From: Pelagibacteraceae bacterium AG-426-G02
Lineage (GTDB): Bacteria > Pseudomonadota > Alphaproteobacteria > Pelagibacterales > Pelagibacteraceae
Direction of reading: 5' to 3'
Assembly: GCA_003213155.1 (NCBI GenBank)
Contig: QCNQ01000004.1
Location: 638 to 64,637, forward strand
Length of the DNA: 64,000 bases
Both the position numbers and the translations under genes were made by a program. This document shows, one piece after another, positions 1-9,134 of the stretch. Under the pieces are notes generated by a model, which saw nothing but the letters and a program-made list of their open reading frames with translations, searched no databases and was not told the DNA's origin. Position 1 is the first letter of the stretch, and each line of letters begins with the position of its first letter.

Positions 1-527
1 AAGAATTCCCCTCTTGCCTCTAATCCACCAACGTTTGGAAAAGGTGGTGTGGTAAAACCTTGTCCCGCTCCAATAATCTCTATACCACCAGAAATTTCTC
101 CTGCAGCAACGCCTAAACCTAAAGTACAAATTGCAAAATAATGTCCTCTAAGTCCTAAGATGGCGTAACCAATTAATCCTGCAACAATAGTTGGCACAAC
201 AGCAGCCACTACAAGTCCGGCTGCCATTCCTTGAAAGAACTGTGTGGGCGTATGTACAAAAGTTTTTTCTCCTCCACTTTCTGTCCACTCTGCTAAAGGG
301 AAAAACATACCAACTTGCACTGAAGCACATAAATACATTCCTAAACCATAGAATAAAATGTTCCCAAACGTATTGTATCCCATTTCACCACCCTGAATAT
401 TCCAAGTGGTGGCTAAAACAATCAATACACACAAAATAGATAATTGAACTTTAAATGCTGGAAATACAAAGGGTGCAGCGAGTCCAAATATTAAAATTGT
501 AGCATATAATATGACATTTTTATTCAT
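1..527 (-). CDS. livM: Branched-chain amino acid ABC transporter permease, LivM-like (3' end runs off the window)
   Basis: Minus-strand ATG at 527-525 overlaps the livH stop (TAATG). Hydrophobic frame with WNMFSGFT-type and SFGHAAF-like segments read from the sequence. Not in the supplied ORF track because it is truncated. Confidence 0.8.
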   Translation of the reverse strand, partial: MNKNVILYATILIFGLAAPFVFPAFKVQLSILCVLIVLATTWNIQGGEMGYNTFGNILFYGLGMYLCASVQVGMFFPLAEWTESGGEKTFVHTPTQFFQGMAAGLVVAAVVPTIVAGLIGYAILGLRGHYFAICTLGLGVAAGEISGGIEIIGAGQGFTTPPFPNVGGLEARGEF

Positions 528-1420
528 TATTTCAGATACTCTCTTTTTCTTGAAAGTTTAAATCTTCTATAAACAAGAATTAAAACTAATAATAAAAACA
601 CTGAACCTATTCTAAATTCTGTACCTAATATATAGTCAGCAAACTCTTCAAATACACCAAGACCCATACCTGACATTGCAACACCAGGTAAATTGCCAAG
701 TCCAGCAACAATCACAATCATAAATGATCTAATTGTATAGGGTAATCCCATATAAGGATGAATTGTAAAAGTTATTGAAATTAATGCTCCTGCAACACCA
801 CAAAGAGCAGCGTTTAATCCAAAAGTCGCTGCATAAACTTTTTCTGTATCTACGCCTAAAATCTTTGCAGCTCTAGCGTTTTGAGCTGTTGCTCTGATCG
901 CTCGACCGAGTTTTGATTTTTTCATATAAATTACTAAACCAATAGCAAAAACAATACTAACGAATGCCGAAAATATTTTTGAGTTTGGTAAAACCACTGC
1001 ACTATCAAATAAAAATGTTGTGCCATAACCTGAATTTGCTAAGACAACATCTGCACCAAATGCAAAGTTCATTAATTGCATAAAAAGAATACTTATGCCG
1101 AATGTAGCAAGAATTGAGATAAATAAATCTCTATCAACCACTTTATTAATTACTAATTTATAAATTCCGACACCAACAAAATACATTATTATTGGGGATA
1201 CAATTACCCCCCAGGCTGGATGGATTCCGTAAAGATACATGAAGTATGCAATATAGCCACCAAGAATAACTAGATCACCTTGTGCAATGTTTATGATATT
1301 CATCACTCCCCATTGCAAAGCCATGCCATAAGCAATTAACGCAAATAAAATTCCAAGCAGTATCCCGTCCAAGCAAGCTTGAACAGTTATCATCGGATAC
1401 TGAAAAACCATGAAATCCAT
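527..1420 (-). CDS. livH: Branched-chain amino acid ABC transporter permease LivH
   Basis: GVMNIINIAQG, GRAIRATAQN..AAKILGVD and GLGNLPG motifs; polytopic membrane protein. Confidence 0.9.
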   Translation of the reverse strand: MDFMVFQYPMITVQACLDGILLGILFALIAYGMALQWGVMNIINIAQGDLVILGGYIAYFMYLYGIHPAWGVIVSPIIMYFVGVGIYKLVINKVVDRDLFISILATFGISILFMQLMNFAFGADVVLANSGYGTTFLFDSAVVLPNSKIFSAFVSIVFAIGLVIYMKKSKLGRAIRATAQNARAAKILGVDTEKVYAATFGLNAALCGVAGALISITFTIHPYMGLPYTIRSFMIVIVAGLGNLPGVAMSGMGLGVFEEFADYILGTEFRIGSVFLLLVLILVYRRFKLSRKREYLK

Positions 1421-1430
1421 AATTTGCCTC

Positions 1431-1465
1431 TAAAAAAAATACCCCCTAGAGTTTAGGGGGTATTT
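1431..1465 (-). terminator. Intrinsic terminator or mRNA-stabilising hairpin between the binding protein and permease genes
   Basis: aaataccccctaga / tttagggggtattt inverted repeat followed on the minus strand by a T-run. Confidence 0.75.
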
Positions 1466-1477
1466 AAAGATTTGTTA

Positions 1478-2716
1478 TTATCTGTCAGACCACTTAGGAA
1501 TTGGGTGAATCAATTTAGCTGATGCCCACTTCAGTGGAGCTACAACTTTGTTTTCACATTTTCCAGCGCCATCACACATTACTTGGAAAAGTACCATCGG
1601 TTTGTCAACATTTTGACCACCCGGTGCGAACTTAATATTTCCATAGAATGTTTGCATGTTCGTAGCTGCAAGAGCATCTCTTACTTTCTTTTGATCGAAA
1701 GAATTCGCTCTTTCAAAAGCATCTTTGAACACTAACAATGCTGCAGAAGACTCTGCTGATTGATATGGCGGATCATATCCAAACTCTTTTTGGAAGTCTG
1801 CCGCATACGTCATACCATCTTTAAAGAAGTTATCTTTATAAGTCAGTGTTTTATGCCATTGAGAAGCACATAATGCATACTGAGAATTTTTACCATGTTG
1901 TTTTGATAATTTCGCAGCATCACAATGTGTCATTGCTAACATTGGAACATCAACTTTCATTTCAGCAATTTGTCTGATTGCAGTTAATGCACCTTTTGTG
2001 TGTCCTGATACCACAAGAACATCTGGCTTCATTTGTTTTACTTTAACTAATGTTGCAGCCATATCGTTAAGCTCTTTTGGCAGCTTATCGTCGATTATAA
2101 TTTCAGATCCAGTTTCTTTTGCTGCATCTAAAATACCTAATCTTACGTCTTGTGAAAAAGCATCTTGTTCAAACGCTTGTGCGATTCTTACACCTTTTCC
2201 ACCATTTAACTCAACTGCTGTTCTAATAGCTACATCAAGATATAAGTTAGCTGGAGCTAAAACTGCAAATAGATATTTGTAACCTTTAGTAAACAAAGAT
2301 CTAGACGCACCATTTGCTTCCACCATTGGTACACCATATTTTTCTGTTACAGGTGCAATTGCTTTTGTTAAACCTGAACTATAAGGCCCAAGCATAAACT
2401 CAACACCATCTTGTGAGATTAATCTTTCTGCTAATTGAGCCGCTCTTTTTGGGTTTGATTCATCATCGTAATAAATGATTTCAAACTTATAAGTTTTTCC
2501 ACCAACTTTAACACCACCCATACTATTTATTCTATCAACAGCCATGTTATAACCGTTTTGTGTATGAACACCATTAGATGAATATTTTCCAGTCAATGAA
2601 ATAGCAGCACCTAAAACAATTTTATCACCAACAACCTTTGCAAATGAAACAACTGAAGTTGAAAGTAAAATTGCTACTGCAGAAATAAAACTCAAGATTA
2701 TCTTGTTTATTTTCAT
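1478..2716 (-). CDS. Amino acid ABC transporter periplasmic binding protein (LivJ/LivK family)
   Basis: Signal peptide; SLTG, YYDDESNP and LGPYSSG motifs; upstream of livH/livM. Confidence 0.9.
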   Translation of the reverse strand: MKINKIILSFISAVAILLSTSVVSFAKVVGDKIVLGAAISLTGKYSSNGVHTQNGYNMAVDRINSMGGVKVGGKTYKFEIIYYDDESNPKRAAQLAERLISQDGVEFMLGPYSSGLTKAIAPVTEKYGVPMVEANGASRSLFTKGYKYLFAVLAPANLYLDVAIRTAVELNGGKGVRIAQAFEQDAFSQDVRLGILDAAKETGSEIIIDDKLPKELNDMAATLVKVKQMKPDVLVVSGHTKGALTAIRQIAEMKVDVPMLAMTHCDAAKLSKQHGKNSQYALCASQWHKTLTYKDNFFKDGMTYAADFQKEFGYDPPYQSAESSAALLVFKDAFERANSFDQKKVRDALAATNMQTFYGNIKFAPGGQNVDKPMVLFQVMCDGAGKCENKVVAPLKWASAKLIHPIPKWSDR

Positions 2717-2805
2717 TTTATTTCCTTCTGTTATTAATTAATTAATTCTTAATTAAATAAATAATTTTGTTTTATTGCAAGAGGCAAAAACAACTTTGGA
2801 TATGT

Positions 2806-3420
2806 TTAATATTGTTGTGTAACAATAATAATTAACGCAATTATTACTAAAACACTCGCTGAGATTGTATTAATTGTTTTTGGATTTGCTTTGATCCATG
2901 TAATTAATTTTTGTGCTAACAAAGCATAACCAATCAAAGATACAAAATCTAAAACAACATAAGTTGTTATTAAAATAAAGAATTGAACAATATAATTGTT
3001 ATTAAAGTCAATAAACTGCGGAAATATTAAAGGGAAGAACAACCATGCCTTAGGGCTTGTTCCAGCAACTAAAAAACCATCTTTGTAAAAAGAAAAAACA
3101 CTTTTGGTGCTAATTATTTTTGAATTTACATCTTTTGGTGAAGATTTGTACACATCATAAGCTAAATACATTAAATAAATAACTCCGACCCACTTAAAAA
3201 AGTTTAAAAAGTTTGGATTATCCGACAAAAAAGTTCCTATAACAAAAATTACTAAAGTTGCTTGAAATAAATTGGCGGTAACATCCCCTAAAGCTGTCCA
3301 AATACAATTTTTAACTCCATAATTCATCGAATAAGAAATAATGACTATCCGAGGGGTACCTGGTGTAATGAATAGAAAAATTATGATCTGTAAAAAAAGG
3401 ATAAAATCTAGGGGGAGCAT
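2806..3420 (-). CDS. LysE/RhtB family amino acid exporter
   Basis: N-terminal ITPGTP motif, GFLV..TSPKA motif, about 6 TM segments. Confidence 0.85.
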   Translation of the reverse strand: MLPLDFILFLQIIIFLFITPGTPRIVIISYSMNYGVKNCIWTALGDVTANLFQATLVIFVIGTFLSDNPNFLNFFKWVGVIYLMYLAYDVYKSSPKDVNSKIISTKSVFSFYKDGFLVAGTSPKAWLFFPLIFPQFIDFNNNYIVQFFILITTYVVLDFVSLIGYALLAQKLITWIKANPKTINTISASVLVIIALIIIVTQQY

Positions 3421-3480
3421 AAAAAAAAAGATAGTCCTAAAAAACCGGGAGCTAAAGATGGCTAAGTAGGACTATCAAAT
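3421..3480 (-). promoter_or_regulatory. Structured 5' leader of the rhtB/lysE gene (stem plus U-tract abutting the start codon)
   Basis: Perfect 10-bp inverted repeat gatagtccta (3430-3439) / taggactatc (3467-3476), followed on the minus strand by T9 then ATG. Probably the rhtB-associated RNA motif reported in Pelagibacter (recalled, not verified). Confidence 0.6.
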
Positions 3481-3540
3481 CACACTATAACAGATCCTAA
3501 AAAAAATGCATTATTGATTTTTTTCAAATATAAAGGATTT

Positions 3541-3837
3541 ATGAAAAAAAAAGGTCACAGGCCAATTACCCGCGTCAAAAATCCAGAGCCAAATCATGAA
3601 GATCCAGATTGGGTCATCTGGGCAGCCTGGGCCGATAGGATCACTTTTGAAGATATTGAAAAAAAAACTGGCTACCGAGAATCGGATGTTATTAAGATAA
3701 TGAGAAAATCTCTCAAACCATCCTCATTTAGATTATGGAGAAAAAGAGTTCATCAAAAAAGTATTAAACACAGAAAAAAATTTGAATATTCAAGAAAACA
3801 AATTACTAGTAAAATAAAAAAAGGTGATTATCTATAA
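3541..3837 (+). CDS. Conserved hypothetical protein, TIGR03643/DUF2805-like
   Basis: AWADRITFEDI...VIKIMRKSLKPSSFRLWRKRV signature; ATG 3541 preferred over TTG 3514. Confidence 0.7.
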   Translation: MKKKGHRPITRVKNPEPNHEDPDWVIWAAWADRITFEDIEKKTGYRESDVIKIMRKSLKPSSFRLWRKRVHQKSIKHRKKFEYSRKQITSKIKKGDYL

Positions 3838-3840
3838 CTT

Positions 3841-4095
3841 ATGAAAAAAATTACAATTTATACAGGTCCCATGTGTAATTATTGTGAAGCTGCCAAAAGA
3901 TTACTCACAAGAAACAATGCACCTTATGAAGAAATTGATGTTGCCAAAGTTGATGGGGCAAAAGATGAAATGATTCAAAAAGCAAATGGTAAAAGAACGA
4001 TTCCTCAAATATTTTTTGATGACCAACATATTGGTGGTTATGATGAGGTTAGAGCGTTAGAGAAAGAAAATAAACTTCTAGAACTTTTAAAATAA
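3841..4095 (+). CDS. grxC: Glutaredoxin 3
   Basis: CNYC active site, RTIPQIF, HIGGYD. Confidence 0.92.
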   Translation: MKKITIYTGPMCNYCEAAKRLLTRNNAPYEEIDVAKVDGAKDEMIQKANGKRTIPQIFFDDQHIGGYDEVRALEKENKLLELLK

Positions 4096-4099
4096 TATT

Positions 4100-6289
4100 T
4101 TAAAAAACTTTTCTTAAATTCAAAACGATTTCATCGAATGTTTCTGGTCTCATAGCATTATTATTTAATAAATAAAAATCAATATCCAAACCGTTAACAT
4201 TTTTACTATAAATATATTTTGATTTTAAAATGTCATCACCTTCAATTTTAAAAGCAAAATTAGTATTTTTTTGAGGTAAATAACCAATTGCCAAGTGAAT
4301 TTTTTGCGTATAGCCTTTTCCTAAAGCTTCATTAAGTTCATAAATAAAAAATAAACTAAAGTTATCATCATAAATTACATCAATACCTACTTCACCATTT
4401 ATATTATGTAACGCTCCAGAATTTAATTCGGTATCATATTTAGTTGAACTATCACTAATGTAAGAATATTTTATGTTAGATGACCGATGTAAATTAGCTC
4501 GGTACTCAATTTTACCATGTCTTTTCATTTTATATTTTTTATTGTTTAATGTTTCAACTGAGGCAATGGATAGTCTTAAATTTCTTGACTGAATACTTTG
4601 TTTATCAAATCTCATTGCAGTTTTTCCACTTTCAGAATAGCTACTTAACAATGTGTAACCTAAATCAATTTGAGCAGCAGGAATTAAGATAAGCTCATCT
4701 TTTTTAATCTCCTCTTTCAATTTTAAAGTTCCATAAATTTGTTTACCATTTCTATTTCCAGTTAATTTATTTCCATCTAAAACACTTGAGATATCTGAAT
4801 AAAGTGCACCAATACCAACAACGGCATCTAAAAATCTATTGTCATCTTTTACTGGAGTGGTTGAATAATAGGTTAAATTGTAAGTATCTGTATCTAATTT
4901 ACTTCCATCAATACCAACTTTCACGTCATTTTCACTATATCTAAACGCTAGGCCTTTTATTTCTAGATCATCAGTAAACTTATCAGCACCAATAGTAATA
5001 CCATCAGTATAGATTTTTTTCTTTGATGATGTGTCAGTTTCTCGAACTTTACCAAAAGCTAAACTTCCCTCAGCCCAATAAAAGATATCTTTATTTTTAC
5101 TTTTTTCTTTAGGCGAAGTTGAAACTTGAATAGCCTCAGCTAGAGAAGCTAACATTTGATTAGAAAAATTAAGCTTAATATTTCTAAAGCTTAAATCTTG
5201 AAGATCTTTATTTCGTCTAATCCATTTTAAACGATTAAGCGCTGTATCTGTTGAGTGTTCAATTGTTCTATTTGCAATATTAATTTGAGCTTCAGCTACT
5301 CCTTTTCTATCTCCTTCTGTAATCTCCGTACATTTTCCAGCAAAAAGATTGAATGGACAAGGCAAGTGATATTCTATAATCATTGAATTCGGACCACCAG
5401 AAATAGCAATATGTGAAACATACATTCTTAACCCAGAGGGACTAAAGGTTATACCGTTGGGGTCACCCATTTTTGAACTATCTGAAAATCTTGCTACTGT
5501 TACACCACCATCAAAAGATGCTGTCGAAATATTAAAACCCTCAGATAAAGTATATTGATTAATTTCATTTTTTTGTGATCCTACCATAAACAATCTCGTA
5601 CCACTTTGATTGAAGGCTATACTATTATTTTGAGCTTCATTTGAAGTTTGAGTTTCTAAATCAGCAGATCTGATAAAATTAGCTCCACCCGAAAGATCAA
5701 AACTTTTGTTTAATGAATATTGATGCAAGTGATCGCCTGTGCCATCCGTCAGTCCGTTAACAAACATCATTGTACCATCGGGACTAAAAACTAGACCAAA
5801 TAATTTACCATTCGCAACTTGTGTCGAAACATCAATAAAATTTCCAGTATACGTTGCTGATGATATATCAAATTTTCTAGAGAGTGAATATTCAAATACT
5901 TTTGCTTCTGCTCTTCCAGCAATAAACATTTTTGATCCATCATTGTTAAACCTAACACTAAATGGTCTACTACTACTATCTTCATTCAGTGAAAAGCTAT
6001 GGGCAAAAACAGATGTCGATATGTCGTATGGTGTTGATAGAGTATATTCAAATACATCGTCGTCAGTAGTATCAATAGTAAACATTTTTTTTCCATCATT
6101 ACTTAATGTAACTTCTCTAGCGTCATTTAATTGAGCTGAAACATCAAATGATCGTATTGCATAATTGGAGGTATCAAGATTGCCACCGCTTGTTATAAAA
6201 TTAGCATACGCGTTTTGAGAAAAAAAATAAGTTATTAGAGTCAAAAAATTAAATAAAAATATGTAGATTTTATTTTTTTTCATAATCAC
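4100..6289 (-). CDS. Autotransporter-like outer membrane protein with a beta-propeller-repeat passenger
   Basis: Signal peptide; repeated F(S/N)xDGxxMF...YxLSxxFD(I/L)S units; CP..C motif, helical linker, amphipathic beta-barrel C-terminus ending in Phe. Confidence 0.75.
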   Translation of the reverse strand: MIMKKNKIYIFLFNFLTLITYFFSQNAYANFITSGGNLDTSNYAIRSFDVSAQLNDAREVTLSNDGKKMFTIDTTDDDVFEYTLSTPYDISTSVFAHSFSLNEDSSSRPFSVRFNNDGSKMFIAGRAEAKVFEYSLSRKFDISSATYTGNFIDVSTQVANGKLFGLVFSPDGTMMFVNGLTDGTGDHLHQYSLNKSFDLSGGANFIRSADLETQTSNEAQNNSIAFNQSGTRLFMVGSQKNEINQYTLSEGFNISTASFDGGVTVARFSDSSKMGDPNGITFSPSGLRMYVSHIAISGGPNSMIIEYHLPCPFNLFAGKCTEITEGDRKGVAEAQINIANRTIEHSTDTALNRLKWIRRNKDLQDLSFRNIKLNFSNQMLASLAEAIQVSTSPKEKSKNKDIFYWAEGSLAFGKVRETDTSSKKKIYTDGITIGADKFTDDLEIKGLAFRYSENDVKVGIDGSKLDTDTYNLTYYSTTPVKDDNRFLDAVVGIGALYSDISSVLDGNKLTGNRNGKQIYGTLKLKEEIKKDELILIPAAQIDLGYTLLSSYSESGKTAMRFDKQSIQSRNLRLSIASVETLNNKKYKMKRHGKIEYRANLHRSSNIKYSYISDSSTKYDTELNSGALHNINGEVGIDVIYDDNFSLFFIYELNEALGKGYTQKIHLAIGYLPQKNTNFAFKIEGDDILKSKYIYSKNVNGLDIDFYLLNNNAMRPETFDEIVLNLRKVF

Positions 6290-6321
6290 TTTATAAAAAA
6301 TATATTTGGAATTTGAAAATA

Positions 6322-8706
6322 TTAAAAAGTACCAGAAATTTCAAGATTTGCACCATAGTCTGGGATTTTATTCATTAAACTATAGTTAGAATTTAATTTG
6401 ATATTTAAATTACCTAAATTTTTATTAAAGCTGATATTGGCATAATTTTGATTAAGGGGATCAAAATCTAGGGCAAAATTATTTCCATCCATTTCTTTTG
6501 AGCGGCTAATTTTAATTATAAATCGTTCTGTAATACCTTTGCCAAACAAACTCCGAGTTGATCCACTGTTATTTAAAGTTGGTCCTTTAAGTGCAAATGT
6601 TTTTTCATATAACGGTGATAGAGTGAGACCATTAGGATAAATCAGTTCAAAACCTAAGCTAGTTCTTAGATTTGGTCTATGATATGCTCCTTCAATTGTA
6701 TCAGTGTTTACTTGATTAGAGCCTACTAGAGAATAATTGAAGTCAATATCACGAGACATATCATAATAAAATTCTATTCCTCCCATCGGTTGAAAGGTTT
6801 TATCGTTTATTGTTATCTGATCTGCCTCAAATAAAAATCCACTGGAAATTTGTCCAGTTGTAAACGTATCTTTATCGTATCTTATGTTTTGCGTAGGTGA
6901 GTCGATTACATCACTTAAAAAATCTGTATATTCACCTAATTTTGTAATTCCAAAAGTAAATTTTGTTGTGGGAGTTAGGTTTAATTTACCATAGGAATTT
7001 TTAGTTCTAAAATCTATAGCGGTAAACAATTGTTTACCGTATCTTTGTCCTGATTTTTTTCCTAAATAATGACTATCTATTTTGAGCGCACTTAGGCCTA
7101 AAACTGCATTTAAATAATTTTCTTTATCCTTGGGCATAATGCCATATAAATTCAAAGTTAAAGAGTCCATATGAATATTTTGTTTTGTATAGACAATGTT
7201 GGATCTGCCATTACCATATCTTATTGCCCAACCAAAAAATTTATTATCACTAAATTTTCTATCAGCACCAAATGTTATTCCTTCATTTCTAATATTTTTT
7301 GCGTTTTCAAACCCTAGTTTATCAAAATGACTTAACGATAAGTCACCTAAGCTCCATGAAGACCATTTAGACTTTTTCTGATCCTTTTTTTTTGTACTTA
7401 CAAGAGTAGCTATCTTTTTTTTAGCAGCTGGCTCCAAACTCATTGCTAAACTCTTCAATAAAGGATTTGGATAATTTATGTTGATGTTATGGCTGGTGAG
7501 GTTTTCTCCGTCTCTATTTCTCTTGATCCATTCAAATCTTCTAAAAATTGAGGAAATATTTAAGTCAATATTTTGCTTTGCTAATTCAACTTGTGAACCA
7601 ATACTCGCAGTTGGATTGGATACACATTCTACAACTCCGTAAGGACATTCTAATTGATATACACTAGTCATATCAGCCGTGCCACCATCTTGAGCATCTA
7701 TTATATAAAGCAGCATACCTCCATCACCAAATTTAAAACCTGTTACTAAACCAGAATTACCATCAAAACTCACAACTGATTTACCTACCAAACTTGCAGT
7801 AGACAAATCGTAGTTTTTTTCTAAACGAAATTGAAATATTGCCGAATCGGCTCTAACTTGATCACTAATTAATATGAAAAAGGCACTACCAGTATCATTA
7901 AAATTCATATCCACAGCAAATTGATTGCCAGCAGCAGTATTTAATTCTGTGCCAGTAAGATCAAGTGTATGAACTAAAGTTATTGACGTAACATCAAATG
8001 GTGAACCTAAATCGTAGGTTTCTACTTTTGTTATATCAGCATTGCCTCCTCCTTCTAACCAATACAGCTTTGTTCCATCACGATTAAAAGCAATACTACC
8101 ATAATTTGGTTCTAAATCATGATAAAGATCAAATTTTGCAGTGCTTAAATCAAAAGGGGTAGATAATGAAAACTGCATTAAATATGATGGACCATTAACT
8201 AAAAATATTTTATCTCCGCTTGCACTAAACTCCATATCATAGATTCTGGTCCAAACTGAATTATTACCAGCACCTACTACTCCCGGAGCCCCACCATCAC
8301 CAGCTATTGTTAATAAATCAAATCTATCCTGTGAGCAATCATTTCGAATTGTATTAAGATCATATGGTTTCCTTAGTCTATACATTGTTATGTCGTATCC
8401 AGCTGGACTTTGTATCAATTCATTAGCAGTAAAATATTGTAAACCATCATTACTAAAAGCAATATCGGTTGGTCTCTCTGCACCATCTATTTGTATAGCT
8501 TTTCCGTCATGAGTTAGACATGTTAATCCTGCATTGACTGGGTTGCCAGGTATATGTCTTGATAACCATGTTACAGTCAGGGCCGCTGCAAAAGCAAGTG
8601 TAGAAAAAAAAATCCCAAAAGAGATTAGGAATATTTTTTTTTTAAGAGAATCTTTTAATAAAGATTTTAAGATCTTTTTTAATTCTAATTCTCTAAAAGT
8701 GTTCAT
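6322..8706 (-). CDS. Autotransporter-like outer membrane protein, paralog of 4100-6289
   Basis: Same repeat units (FSNDG, LSTPFDLSTA, LEKNYDLSTA), CPYGVVEC, shared WIxRNxD linker, barrel ending ISGTF. Confidence 0.75.
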   Translation of the reverse strand: MNTFRELELKKILKSLLKDSLKKKIFLISFGIFFSTLAFAAALTVTWLSRHIPGNPVNAGLTCLTHDGKAIQIDGAERPTDIAFSNDGLQYFTANELIQSPAGYDITMYRLRKPYDLNTIRNDCSQDRFDLLTIAGDGGAPGVVGAGNNSVWTRIYDMEFSASGDKIFLVNGPSYLMQFSLSTPFDLSTAKFDLYHDLEPNYGSIAFNRDGTKLYWLEGGGNADITKVETYDLGSPFDVTSITLVHTLDLTGTELNTAAGNQFAVDMNFNDTGSAFFILISDQVRADSAIFQFRLEKNYDLSTASLVGKSVVSFDGNSGLVTGFKFGDGGMLLYIIDAQDGGTADMTSVYQLECPYGVVECVSNPTASIGSQVELAKQNIDLNISSIFRRFEWIKRNRDGENLTSHNININYPNPLLKSLAMSLEPAAKKKIATLVSTKKKDQKKSKWSSWSLGDLSLSHFDKLGFENAKNIRNEGITFGADRKFSDNKFFGWAIRYGNGRSNIVYTKQNIHMDSLTLNLYGIMPKDKENYLNAVLGLSALKIDSHYLGKKSGQRYGKQLFTAIDFRTKNSYGKLNLTPTTKFTFGITKLGEYTDFLSDVIDSPTQNIRYDKDTFTTGQISSGFLFEADQITINDKTFQPMGGIEFYYDMSRDIDFNYSLVGSNQVNTDTIEGAYHRPNLRTSLGFELIYPNGLTLSPLYEKTFALKGPTLNNSGSTRSLFGKGITERFIIKISRSKEMDGNNFALDFDPLNQNYANISFNKNLGNLNIKLNSNYSLMNKIPDYGANLEISGTF

Positions 8707-8780
8707 CAGACAAATTTATAGTTTGATTGAGAAATGAGTCAAAAAAAAATTCAGTTAAAAAACTAATAAAACTAGGATAT

Positions 8781-9071
8781 TTATCGAAGGATACTAAGGG
8801 GATCGTAATAACAACCTATTTCATCTACTGTCTCAAAAAATATTTTATTAATTTCTGCAGAATGAATAGTTGGACAAATTCTTTCTGCCTCTAAATTATT
8901 TGCATATTCTTTTTTTACTTCATTGATTGCTAATGAACTTGATAAGGAAGTTGTTGCTTGAGCGAAACTTCCTGTATGCGCTAGTGTTAAAGCGGGGCTT
9001 ACCATTGCGGAGTATTGAGTACAATTACTCAACAAAGGTAATAAAAATAGTAAAAATAAGATTCGTTTCAC
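8781..9071 (-). CDS. Small hypothetical lipoprotein
   Basis: GTG start, LLSNC lipobox-like motif, two further Cys. Confidence 0.6.
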   Translation of the reverse strand: MKRILFLLFLLPLLSNCTQYSAMVSPALTLAHTGSFAQATTSLSSSLAINEVKKEYANNLEAERICPTIHSAEINKIFFETVDEIGCYYDPLSILR

Positions 9072-9134
9072 AACTGCAATCTACATAAAAATGATTAATT
9101 TTAAACAACCAATTTATTCAATTTGGGTTTCAAA

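Noticed and set aside
148-439. Short ORFs 148-330 and 191-439, and similar small antisense ORFs across the window
   Set aside because: They overlap well-supported genes in another frame or strand and show no recognisable motifs
8634-8643. A10 tract near the 5' end of autotransporter 2 as a phase-variation switch
   Set aside because: A/T runs of 8-10 are common throughout this AT-rich window, and the frame is intact
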